Counted from the first letter of the stretch, positions 37,195-47,204 are shown. The stretch: 64,000 nt of DNA from Epithemia pelagica (GCA_946965045.2 OX337242.1:2046001-2110000); one strand, 5' to 3'. A program made the numbers and translations. The notes: generated from the letters alone by a model not told the origin.

Positions 37195-37210
37195 CTCCCT
37201 CTCACTTTTC
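37195..37210 (-). other. Polypurine tract of the copia element
   Basis: GAAAAGTGAGAGGGAG on the element strand immediately before the 3' LTR. Confidence 0.9.
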
Positions 37211-37229
37211 AAATCGCACCCATTTGTGA

Positions 37230-40200
37230 CTACCATCCCAGGACCCGTTGACGCAGACGTTGTAGTGTGTCCTGTGGTAATGGTTGGGTGAGGTAATCAG
37301 CGAGTTGGTCCTCTGTGGCAACTTTATGAATCGTCACGCTCCCATCCTCCACATATGTTCTGAAGTGATGGAGCTTTACGTTCAAGTGTTTCGTGCGAGG
37401 CCTGAATTTGTACACTTTGGCCATTTCCAGAGCCCCGCTGTTGTCCTCGAATACTTTGCAGTGGACTTCCGCCTTTGTGTTATGGATCGTGATGCCCTGC
37501 TGTTGCATCTCCTCCAGGAGGCGCATGATTGGAATTGCGGCACGGAGTGCATAGGAGAGGCCGGTGTACTCGCTCTCGGTGGAGCTTAGAGCTATCTCCG
37601 TTTGCAGTTGGGATTTCCAGATTACGGGACATCCCATATATTGTATGATATATCCATGGCGTGATCTGGCCGTGTCTCGGTCATTCGATGCGTCCTCCCG
37701 TTTCCAATTGCCTGCGAAGTCCGCATCCACCCACACTTCCAGCCCCGCTTGTTTGTTGGGACGGAATGTCATACCTTGATCCCTCGTTGCTCGTAGGTAC
37801 CTCCCGATCCACCTGACCGCGTCTCCGTGTGGTTTACGTGGATTGGATGCGAACCTTGCGCACTGGTGAGTGGCATAGGCGATGTCGCTTCTCGACCCTG
37901 CCTCAATGTAGTTCATCATGCCCACGATGGAGCGGTAATTGAAGTTGTTGTCGAATGCGGGTTTTTCAAGATGTCGGTGCAGGATCTTCGATGGAGCTGC
38001 TGGTGTGTCTTTCGTGACAGCGTCCTTACCCAGGCGCAGTCCTTTCAAAACTTTGTCAATGAGGTGTGGCTGTGAGAACGTGATCTCCCCGTTGTCGTGT
38101 TTGTGGATGTTGACTCCCAGAAAGTCCTTTATGTCGCCTTCAACCGTGATATTGAGCTTGGCTGCCCGTATATCGTTGATTGCTTTGTCAATTTCGGCTT
38201 TGTCTGGGCCAACGATGATACTGTCATCTGTATAGAGCACGTAGATTACGCTCCCCCTGTAGAAGACACATTCATCCACTGACGACTTAGTAAAGCCCAC
38301 CTGTTCAACCAGCCTTTTGGAAAGGTGCTGGTACCATACCCGACCGGCCTGCTTTTGGCCGTACAGGTTGGCGTGGAGCTTGAGTACGTAGTCCTTTTTT
38401 GACTTTCCCTCGTCCAAGTCGTATCCCACAGGGAACTCCATGTAGACTTCCCTTTCCACTGGGGCTTGTGGGTACGCGAGGACATAGTCGATTTGTTGCG
38501 TGTGCCAATTGAACGCGGACACCAGTGCCAACACCAGTCTGATGGACGCCCATGATGCCACTGGGGCATAAGTCTGGTCGTAGTCGATTCCTTGTTCCAT
38601 CTTTGATCCATCGAAGTTGAGACGTGCTTTGTGTGTTTTGATGTCACGTGTCAGGATGTCTCTTTTTCTTCGCATCTGCCAGACTGCCTTGAAGATGCGT
38701 TGGCCTTTTGGGACCGTGTCTCGGCGTACAATGGATAGATTTCCGTCCTCCATTTGCCTTTCCATTTCTTTTTGCATCCCTTTTATAAATTCCGCCCTGT
38801 CCGGCTCTTTCATAGCCTCGTGGTGATACATTGTATCTGGGTCGGAAATTGCTGCCTTGTACGCCATGAGTGGGTTTCCCATGTCATCCATGTCGTCTTG
38901 CGGCACGAGGGTTGACAATGCAAACAACTCCCCTGGGACAGTCGTCTCGTCCTCGATTTCCGATGACATCACCTCGATAAGGCGCTGTGTCGGTTTTCGT
39001 AGTCGGCCTGATCGTGTCCGAATGTGGTTGGTTGTTTGTTGTTGTGGGAGTTGCCGCTCCCTCTGGCCTTGTGCTCCCTCTGAATCCTGTGGAGGCGTTC
39101 GATCCATGGTTGGTCCATGTTGTGCTTGTTGTGGTGGCGTCCCACCTGATGGACTCCTGTTTGGATTGTGGATGGGTGCTTGGTCCGGCCTTTCGTTGTT
39201 TGGCGATGGTTGTTGCCTTTCGTTCAGTGGGTTACCGTTGGGAGTGTGTTGTGGGGCTCCCTCTTGCCCCTTTTGCCTCCTTCGTCGTTTTCCCTTTTGG
39301 CCCACTTTCATTTGTCCGGCTCGTTTGGCTTCCATGAAGTGGGTGCTCACTTGCCATGTTGAGGACAGTTGTTCCTGTTGGAGCGTATGGAAGCTGCTGT
39401 CGAACCGTACGTGGAACTGTGGACTCACGTGTCCTGTGTGACGGTTCAGGACCAGAGCCACGTTCCTGTTGTGGATTGGGGACTGTCCCAAGTATATTCC
39501 CACTCGTGCTCGGTTCTCCCATTTGTTGTGTGGCTTATTACTCTGTAACTTTTTGTCCAACACATACACGGGGCATCCGAACGGCCTCCAGTGTTTCTTA
39601 TTGGTGTTGATAGCCGATTGGGAGAAGAGTTGGAGAGGTGATTGTTTTGATTCGTGCTGCATATTTGGGCTGGCATTGATGCAGTCATTCGCGTGGCGCA
39701 CTGCGTAGGGCCATAGATTGGCCGTGATCGCTTGTGGCCATCGTTTATTTGCATGAAGCAGCATCGTCCGGGCCATCTCTTGCAGCTCCCGGATTCTTCG
39801 TTCGGCCTTGCCGTTCGAATGGTGGGCTCCCACTGCAGCGAAGGTGAGGTCTTGCCCCTGGTCGTGACATGCCTTGACCCATCCATGTGCCTTGAATATA
39901 CCGTTGTCGGCATGGTATGCACGCACTGTCACTCCTCGATTGAGTGCGAATCGTTCGAACGCCAATTTACCTTGTAGCGTTTCTTCCACCGTTGATGTTT
40001 TCTGCAGGAACGTGAAGCCCAGGGACGTTGCTTGGTCGACATAGACCGTTGCATACTTGTAGCGCTTTTTCGTGATAAACCCGGTCATCTGCGCTACGAG
40101 TCCTGGTGTTGGCGAGACCAATTGGTCCACAGAGACTACCATTCCTGGTTTCTCCGGAGGGGACTTGTTCGTCCAATCCTTAGATGTCCTGGTGCGCCAT

Positions 40201-41492
40201 GCCCGTTTCGTTGCTTTCGCAAAATTGCACGCTGAGCAGACCGGTACGTGACATTTCGCTAGCCGTTTTGGCAATATGCCATCCTTTGCCATCTGTTGTA
40301 ACTTGGCAAAAGGGAGGTGGCCAAAGTCATAATGGTACCTTAGCAGCTCCGCCTCTGCCGACGGACTTTGTTCCTCTTCATGGGGGATGATGTCTGGTGG
40401 TGGTGGTGTTGCGTCTTCGGTTGTTTTACCGTCTAGATCAAAATCAAACTTGCGTGGTTCCGCGTCGTCTGTTTGTTGGGTTGCTGCATCAGTTGTTGCC
40501 ATGCTGGTCTGCTTCGGAATGGCTCGATGCCATTGAGGTGCCTGGACGGGGTAGGTCGTTTCGTCGTTGTCTCCCTCGTCGTCGGACACCACCATTGATG
40601 GCATGGCCTGATGTTGCAATAGTGGATCTTTGTCGTAGGAGTGGTCGTGTTCAGTCCCACATTCCCTACAGTAATTATGGTACTGCTTGTACCCACTCGC
40701 GAGATGGAACGTGGCCACATTGTTGCCTTGAGTATCTATTGGGATCGTCTTACGTGATTGACGGTCGTCCCAGAAGAGTACTACTTCCGTGCCGGTGGTT
40801 ATTTCTCCCGCCCCACCACGCTTTTCACTGTTTTTCCGAGTCTGCGCCCAGTGTTGTGGGCTCAGTAGTCGGACTTTGCCTTCGGGGACATAGTACGAAT
40901 TGGGGATCACCATTTTATGGATCTTTCCTTGATCGTCCTCCCATTCCCAATGGATGGTCCCTGACCACACTTCAAACGTCTTTGCGCCCCCAAATCCTTT
41001 GATTGCTCTGTTACATTGCTTCAAAGAACCTGGTATGTCGCTCCGTACGTGGGTTATGCAGCCTGAACATCTGTTGTCGATACCGATCGTGGTCGAGTCC
41101 GAGTCAAACGGGTGGCAATTGGTTGCTGCTGCGCACTTTGCCGCCATTGCCATGATGGCTGCGCTGCATATTACCTTTTTCATTCTTGTTTGTCTCCGTT
41201 GTCTCATTCTCTTCTTCTCTTTCGTGTGCAGGAGTTTCTTGTCTGCCCATTCCGCCATGTTTCCGATTACCTCGTTGGTTGTCGTGATGGCGTGGTGCAT
41301 CCAATCCTCCTTGTTTGTAATTGTCTTGTGTTCCTCCTCCATTTGTACGATGACTATGGTGAGCTTTATTGCTGCTTCCACCGTGATCATCATTTGTTTG
41401 AGGAGGTGGACGAATGTGCTGATCCACAGGTACGTGATTATGTCTTCGAGGGAGAGGTTGGAGTACATGTGTAATATCGGAATTACTAACAT
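37230..41492 (-). CDS. pol: Copia Pol (protease, integrase, RT, RNase H), intact, 1420 aa
   Basis: IGIDNRCS; HxxxxH...CxxC; VSVD, HADNG, AERRIRE; KARL, LYGQKQAG, YTDD; VDADFAG, TESEY, EDN. Confidence 0.96.
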   Translation of the reverse strand: MLVIPILHMYSNLSLEDIITYLWISTFVHLLKQMMITVEAAIKLTIVIVQMEEEHKTITNKEDWMHHAITTTNEVIGNMAEWADKKLLHTKEKKRMRQRRQTRMKKVICSAAIMAMAAKCAAATNCHPFDSDSTTIGIDNRCSGCITHVRSDIPGSLKQCNRAIKGFGGAKTFEVWSGTIHWEWEDDQGKIHKMVIPNSYYVPEGKVRLLSPQHWAQTRKNSEKRGGAGEITTGTEVVLFWDDRQSRKTIPIDTQGNNVATFHLASGYKQYHNYCRECGTEHDHSYDKDPLLQHQAMPSMVVSDDEGDNDETTYPVQAPQWHRAIPKQTSMATTDAATQQTDDAEPRKFDFDLDGKTTEDATPPPPDIIPHEEEQSPSAEAELLRYHYDFGHLPFAKLQQMAKDGILPKRLAKCHVPVCSACNFAKATKRAWRTRTSKDWTNKSPPEKPGMVVSVDQLVSPTPGLVAQMTGFITKKRYKYATVYVDQATSLGFTFLQKTSTVEETLQGKLAFERFALNRGVTVRAYHADNGIFKAHGWVKACHDQGQDLTFAAVGAHHSNGKAERRIRELQEMARTMLLHANKRWPQAITANLWPYAVRHANDCINASPNMQHESKQSPLQLFSQSAINTNKKHWRPFGCPVYVLDKKLQSNKPHNKWENRARVGIYLGQSPIHNRNVALVLNRHTGHVSPQFHVRFDSSFHTLQQEQLSSTWQVSTHFMEAKRAGQMKVGQKGKRRRRQKGQEGAPQHTPNGNPLNERQQPSPNNERPDQAPIHNPNRSPSGGTPPQQAQHGPTMDRTPPQDSEGAQGQRERQLPQQQTTNHIRTRSGRLRKPTQRLIEVMSSEIEDETTVPGELFALSTLVPQDDMDDMGNPLMAYKAAISDPDTMYHHEAMKEPDRAEFIKGMQKEMERQMEDGNLSIVRRDTVPKGQRIFKAVWQMRRKRDILTRDIKTHKARLNFDGSKMEQGIDYDQTYAPVASWASIRLVLALVSAFNWHTQQIDYVLAYPQAPVEREVYMEFPVGYDLDEGKSKKDYVLKLHANLYGQKQAGRVWYQHLSKRLVEQVGFTKSSVDECVFYRGSVIYVLYTDDSIIVGPDKAEIDKAINDIRAAKLNITVEGDIKDFLGVNIHKHDNGEITFSQPHLIDKVLKGLRLGKDAVTKDTPAAPSKILHRHLEKPAFDNNFNYRSIVGMMNYIEAGSRSDIAYATHQCARFASNPRKPHGDAVRWIGRYLRATRDQGMTFRPNKQAGLEVWVDADFAGNWKREDASNDRDTARSRHGYIIQYMGCPVIWKSQLQTEIALSSTESEYTGLSYALRAAIPIMRLLEEMQQQGITIHNTKAEVHCKVFEDNSGALEMAKVYKFRPRTKHLNVKLHHFRTYVEDGSVTIHKVATEDQLADYLTQPLPQDTLQRLRQRVLGW

Positions 41493-41522
41493 TGTTACTG
41501 GTTTCCACCCTCTCCATAGGAG

Positions 41523-42917
41523 TCACGATTCGTAATCAGAGTCCTCCTGCTCGTTCTCCATGCTCTTGATCAGTGTCTCATGCACCACTGCCATCTTCAG
41601 AGCTTCTTTCTTCTTCTTTTCTTCTTTTGCGTCCGTTTTTGGTGCTGGTTTCGCATACCCTTTACAATCCGCTGGCTTGTGGGTCCTCCACTTGCCGCCA
41701 CATTTGCCGCCTGTGGTTTCATCGCACCAGTACCACTTGGTACCATTCCAAGTATGGTACTTTGTCAGGCTTTCCTGTTTCGGCTTCGTGTGATCTTTGA
41801 GCCATCCTGGTCATTCGGGTTTCTGCTTGGTGTTCTCCGGTTTTGCTTTGGTGCCTTTCTTGTGGACTCCATCTTTTCCTTTTGCCTTGTCCGCGTTGTT
41901 CTTGCTGGACTGCTTTTTGAGGTGGAGTACCTTGGCCTGGAGGGCCAATACCTCCTTTTGGTGCTGGGTTGGTTGCTCCCATTCGTCGCGCGTCACTTGT
42001 TTCTTGTAGAAGTTGACAGCGCGGACCATCAATTCATTTGCGTTCGTGATGACATTGGATCCGTCTTCATGGCCGTCTTCAATCTTTTGGATATAATCCT
42101 GAAAACAGTCGTCCTTGACGGCTTTGTAGCCTTTAAACAAGTTAACGATTAGGTCTAGTGACGTGTGTCCTCTGGATGCCAATCCATCAACTTGGCTTTG
42201 CACGTAGGCGTTGAATGCGACGATATCAGACCTGTTCGTCTCGATGTAACGATCGAGGTTTGTTAGGTTCAGTCGCAACGTAGTGACACTCGCGTTAGAG
42301 TCAAGGTAACTCTCGCGAATCACGACCTTGAAGAGGCATCCTCTTGCATCTTCCCCATTCACCTTGGTATCATTCGTCCAAATTTGGATACGTTGAATGC
42401 CGGTTGGTGAGAGTGAGTTCATGATTAAGTCATGAAGCATCTTGGAGTTCTGCGAGTTCCTGGTGTTCTGTCCGATGAATGTCGTTTCGTAGGCCTTGAT
42501 TTCCTCCAACGTCAAGCGTCCATAATCCGTGATCATGTTGACAGCTGGTGGTGCGACTCCTCCTGGAGGTGCCGGAACTGTTACCATGCAGTTGGCTCCG
42601 TTCTCGAGCATTCCGAGGTCGCGAGCCCGCGTATGGAGTAGATTCACGAATAGTTGGAACCTGCCTGGCTCTACATCAAACTTCTCGTCGGTCAAGAATA
42701 AGGATCTCGTTGCCTGTTCGTAGTACTTCCTGCCTTCTTTTGTGCCAAAATCCAGGGTGTTTGCAATCCCTGATCGCAAGGGAGTACGGAGGAAAGGTCC
42801 TGCAGCTGGTGCTCCTGGTCCAGCAGCTGCTTGCGCTATTGCGTTCTGGATCGCAGCGGATGCATCGTTCAGGGCTTGAACAAGTGCTTGGGCGTCTGCT
42901 CCAGCTGCGTCTCCCAT
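41523..42917 (-). CDS. gag: Copia Gag with internal TGA; zinc knuckle lies downstream of the stop
   Basis: ATG 42917, 368 codons, TGA 41813-41811, then 95 open codons containing WYWCDETTGGKCGGKWRTHKPADC, ending DYES-TGA 41525-41523. Confidence 0.85.
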
Positions 42918-42989
42918 GTTCACTTGCTCTCCTGAAAGTAGTTCACGGCACAAATCGGTGAGTTTTTCTTATGAAAGGTCACAGTTATC

Positions 42990-43003
42990 GCGCAGAGGAA
43001 GCG
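42990..43003 (-). other. Putative non-canonical primer-binding site
   Basis: The element strand reads CGCTTCCTCTGCGC directly after the 5' LTR; its complement GCGCAGAGGAAGCG matches the initiator tRNA-Met D-arm consensus GCGCAG(C/U)GGAAGCG. No TGG-type PBS present. Confidence 0.65.
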
Positions 43004-43227
43004 TGTTGTTTTAACCGTGGTCACTGCCGATTAAAAGGGCCAACTAGTTTCGTAAAAGGGGATTGAGTAAATTATAAGGGTACGGTCATGTTACGCTATG
43101 TGTGTGTATGTGCTGACGCAGTAGGGGCGTCAGTTGGGAAGTGTCGTATGGTGACGTGTGTCCATACGCACGTGGAGTTTCCCCCCAGGTTCCGAATGCA
43201 CCGGGCGGCAACGGGGAACTTCCAACA
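43004..43227 (-). repeat. 5' LTR, 224 bp
   Basis: TGTTG...CAACA; aligns to the rebuilt 3' LTR. Confidence 0.96.
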
Positions 43228-43650
43228 AGGAATCTTGCGTTTGCGATGAATGCACCATGATGGAATGATGTCTGACACTCCTGTTCCATTGGATTGATTT
43301 GGTTGACATGGTCGAAGTGCATGGATGGTAAGTGGTAAGCGTGCTTCGGATAAGTGCCGCACAAGTCCCTACCCCCCACGAGCGGATCGACTCCGCTGGT
43401 TGTGGAGGGAAACAGTTCACAGAACAGAGACGGAGTCTTCTCCCTCCATTACCTTTTTGACAGAGCAGCTAGTCATGAGGGAGTTGGAAAGTAGAGAGTA
43501 CTAACAAGACGTAGATAATCGAACTAGATTCAATGCCATAGCATAATGTAATCATGCATATTGTAGAAATGGATTATGTAGAACTCATGAATTTAACTGA
43601 GGTGTTGGTGAATTGCTCCACGCAGACGACTCCCAAGAGCGCAATGTGGT

Positions 43651-44490
43651 CTAACCAATCATGGCTCTGGGAGAGGACCTTGCAACAAACGGATCAAAAT
43701 CAAAACTGCACTTGAGACCGGGCCGTGGGGCAATGCGCGAGGAGATTCGTCGCAATTGCTCTTGCTCCGTTGCATCATATACGTCCGCATCGTCCTCGTC
43801 CTCGTCCTCGTCCATATTGGGTAAAAGAGGCACGAATCCAATGGATGGAAGAACGTGTTCCATGTACCGGCTCTGTGGCTTTGGAGCGATTCTTGAGGAT
43901 ATTCTTTGTAGCCGTTGGTCTTCGTTTGGAGTCGCCCATATCTCCTCTCTCTCCTCGTCCATATTCAGATCGGGAAAGTAGGGAATGGATCTTGGATTGG
44001 CTTGGGTGGATGTCTCGCACGAGTCGATTGGACGAAAATCACTTTCGTGGGGAGCTTGGCCGCACACCACTGGTCTATGTTGAAAGCTGTTGTGGTCACG
44101 AGTATAATCGGAAAACATACGGTCCAACTGTCGAGAACTGAATGCGTGCTCTTCTTGTCTTGAAGGCAAGAAGGTATTGGTATCTCTCCGCAATCCGTTG
44201 GATACAGATTCTGGTACGATACGTGAAAAGGCTCGTATTGGCGACTTTTGCATGCTCTTGGCTTGGAAAGGATCGCAACAGTCCAAAGACACGTTAGATT
44301 TGGATGGTAGTTTTGAGTCCATCGGTTCGTTTTGGAGACACCGACATGAGTCATCGTTGGCTGTTTTGATAGATCTGGATCTCACGTGTGGAGGTTCACT
44401 TTTCGTCTCGTTACCGAAACGTTCTCGCTGGTGTTTCGTCTCGCCCATGCTCACAGTCAGCACGTATTTTGAAAAAGCTTCGTTCCTCAT
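43651..44490 (-). CDS. Hypothetical disordered protein with a duplicated acidic/RISSRIAP module
   Basis: 297-codon ORF, first ATG 44490; start uncertain. Confidence 0.5.
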   Translation of the reverse strand: MRNEAFSKYVLTVSMGETKHQRERFGNETKSEPPHVRSRSIKTANDDSCRCLQNEPMDSKLPSKSNVSLDCCDPFQAKSMQKSPIRAFSRIVPESVSNGLRRDTNTFLPSRQEEHAFSSRQLDRMFSDYTRDHNSFQHRPVVCGQAPHESDFRPIDSCETSTQANPRSIPYFPDLNMDEEREEIWATPNEDQRLQRISSRIAPKPQSRYMEHVLPSIGFVPLLPNMDEDEDEDDADVYDATEQEQLRRISSRIAPRPGLKCSFDFDPFVARSSPRAMIG

Positions 44491-46227
44491 ATGGTTTGAA
44501 GGGACGATGAGCGTTGAGAAGGATTGTTTTTGGCATGATCTCAATGAGGCCTTTCCCAGGTTTGTGTAAGGCTGTTAATGTAGTGACGAAAGCTGATCCG
44601 GTATGGCGAGTGAAATGCCAGTTTCTGTGATGTGAATCATGGCCCTTATCGTTGTTGGTGGAGAGAAAGGAAAGCCCCCCTTGTCGACACAAAGCGAACG
44701 ATCAGTACCATCCAGCTTCAGCTTGTTCGCGTTCTCCTCGAATGAGTGCGCGACCGAACATGGGTCATGTCTGAAGTGAGCCTGGAATTTATATATGGGA
44801 TGGAGACTTAGGATTTATTACTTCCATAGTAGTGTACTTCTGTCTCAAAATTTTCTCCCTCCTTGTTTCCCACAAAAGAATCTTTCTGGCTGGCGAGAAA
44901 CAATCTGGTTTCCTAAAATATCATTGTTGTCGGAGGCAATTGCTGCTTCCATGGAGAGAGGGGCTATTCTAAAATCATTTCTCGGAACAAACAGCTCGCG
45001 CGTCGAAGATTCCCTGGATCTAAGTATCCTTGTGAAGAACAGGAAGGCGCGCGCGAGTCATTACTACATTCTATTCCATACTCGCATTCATTAAGAATTG
45101 AGGACAGCTTCGGTCATAGTTTGATGTACGATCGTACCTCACAAAGCAAACTGATGCGTGACTGACTGTGATCCCGCTACCTGTACCTCCTCTACCTCTA
45201 CCCCTACAACACTCTCTATAGTACTCCTAGAGGAGTAGGAGTAGGTCTACCTGGATTTGGTACATGGATTTTGGACGTGCAAAGAGGAGTGGTGGATGGT
45301 GGAGGTCTATGAGTATCTTGCTCTGAACAAAATGCACAATCCGCATAGAAGAAAAGGAGACATTTCGCTTTTGGCGAGACCCTCGGCAAACGTCGTCGTA
45401 TTGGGCTTCAATTCACCATTATTTGAAATATCACTGATCGGATATGTGTCAGTCGCAATCCGGTTTTCCATGCGCACACTCCAGCACTTAGACCCGCTAA
45501 TGACTAATGACCACAATCTATGTCGTCGTCCATGTATCTAAGGACTACCCAGAAGGGTAACGGTAGCATATTATTTGTCTAGGTACTCCTAGTAGGTCGT
45601 ATGTAGAATGGCACAGAGAAAGTCGATTATCTGCAATTGCCACTAGCAAGGCGGAGGAGAGAAGAGAACCAGCGATTCAGAATTCAGAATCCAGATCACG
45701 TCTCACTGGGAACATGAAAGGCTTTGACGGAGTGGTTCGTGATACGATTGGGGTGTAAGATAAGATGTAAGATCGATACCACGGAGTCAAACGCACAGCT
45801 GCGGAAATGACCCTTGAAATTGGAAATCCTCGGAGTCCGCGAGATCTCGCATTGGTGATTGGTGGGGCATAGACGCCTCTTGTCATTCATCATGGTAGTT
45901 CTACTTTCTACTCCTAGTCCAGGGACAAAGAGCGCCCAACTGAGACTGAGTGGGTCGAGGAATAAGAAGTGTTGCAGCAGGAGTTGCAGTTGAGATGAAC
46001 TTATTGAAGTTTCGGGATGGGTTAGAGTACTCTCGTAGCTCAGAAAGAAAGAAGACGATGGAGTCTTCAGCTGCCGCGGCAGTCCCACGTGACAACGTCG
46101 ACCTTTGGTAATGCAGTCGCGGCAGTCATGTATGGTCAGTCCTGCCAACTCAGTCACGAGATCGGCCTGACTCATCGGGACAGCGGACAGCGACTTCAAA
46201 CTACGAAACCCATCTTCAATTTTCACC

Positions 46228-46917
46228 ATGATCAAGTCGATTGTCGCTTTCTCTCTCCTTTCAAACCTCTCTGCTCTTGCCTGGAGCCCCTCCAGTGTAC
46301 CAGGTCGTGAGGCTGTCGATCTAGCGTCAATTGCAACCAATGTGGACCGGCGGCAGTTCTTGTCGTCGGCCGTTGCCCTTGGCACGGCTGGTGTTGCCAT
46401 GATATCGTCACCCACAGCAGGAAATGCGTTTGATATTGGTGGAAAGCCTGTCATGGGCGACGAGTCCATCATGTCACAAAAAGGCCATGGTACATCGGCG
46501 CAACCAGTGCAAGCCGACCTTCTTTACGGAGTCGATGTCAAAATGGCCGACCGCATCTGCAACTTCAACAGACATTTTGCCGAAATGGGCGGATACTTTC
46601 GATCGACCAGTTGGGAGGATGAACTTATGAAATCGGATGGTCCCATTACGTTTTATGACTCTGTTACGGGAAAGCCTCTGTTTGTAGCACCGATCAAGCG
46701 TTCCAAGGAAGAATTGATTGCCGAATCGCGTGTTCACGGATGGCCCAGTTTTCGCGATTCCGAAGTGGTGTGGGAAAATGTCCGTGTCCTTCGTAATTCC
46801 GGCGAAACTGTCTCTGTAGACGGAACTCATTTGGGTCACAACCTTCCGGATCGCTCCGGAAACCGCTATTGTATCAATCTTGTTAGCATTGCAGGGGCAC
46901 CCATAACCACTGCCTAA
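46228..46917 (+). CDS. msrB: MsrB/SelR-like methionine sulfoxide reductase with plastid and twin-Arg targeting
   Basis: GWPSF, HLGH, RYCIN motifs; signal peptide ending ALA-W; DRRQFL. Confidence 0.82.
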   Translation: MIKSIVAFSLLSNLSALAWSPSSVPGREAVDLASIATNVDRRQFLSSAVALGTAGVAMISSPTAGNAFDIGGKPVMGDESIMSQKGHGTSAQPVQADLLYGVDVKMADRICNFNRHFAEMGGYFRSTSWEDELMKSDGPITFYDSVTGKPLFVAPIKRSKEELIAESRVHGWPSFRDSEVVWENVRVLRNSGETVSVDGTHLGHNLPDRSGNRYCINLVSIAGAPITTA

Positions 46918-47034
46918 GCTGACTTTGGGCAACGGTGCGGACGAGAGGATGAAGCTGTCGGACCCCTTCCTCCTAGAAAAGAGAAATCGGCGGGCAGCTA
47001 AATTTTTAATGCATTGTACTTTCTACACTTTCTC

Positions 47035-47204
47035 TACAGGCCTGTGGTAGGAGTTCATTCCAATTCGTTCTTGTAGGTTATGGTTGCATGGAGGAAGCCT
47101 TCATGTTGTTCTTTCTTTCTTAAAGACACTTTCCGTACAGGTCTGTCGTAGGAGTTCATACCAATTCGTTCTTTTTGGGTATTGTTGCATGGAGGAAGCC
47201 TTCA
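47035..47204. repeat. Two ~69-bp direct repeats, period 101
   Basis: TACAGGYCTGTSGTAGGAGTTCATWCCAATTCGTTCTT...GTTGCATGGAGGAAGCCTTCA at 47035-47103 and 47136-47204. Confidence 0.85.

Larger units (their letters stand above)
36042..43227 (-). mobile_element. Full-length Ty1/copia LTR retrotransposon (CoDi-like)
   Basis: 224-bp LTRs TGTTG...CAACA; AGGAAT duplicated at 36036-36041 and 43228-43233; PPT; gag then PR-IN-RT-RH order. Confidence 0.97.

Noticed and set aside
42990-43227. Tf1-type self-priming
   Set aside because: No sequence complementary to the PBS in the LTR.
35860-43420. Host gene interrupted by the copia insertion
   Set aside because: Joining the flanks across the TSD gives only short frames without recognisable motifs.
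45221-45592. GTACTCCTAG direct repeats flanking 352 bp as a possible TSD
   Set aside because: No TIRs or poly(A) tail; flanks are low-complexity TAG/CTA-rich sequence.
45603-46472. 258-aa minus ORF and a protein-like plus frame with several stops
   Set aside because: The minus ORF partly shadows msrB and has no motif; the plus frame has stop density near random. Unresolved without a homology search.
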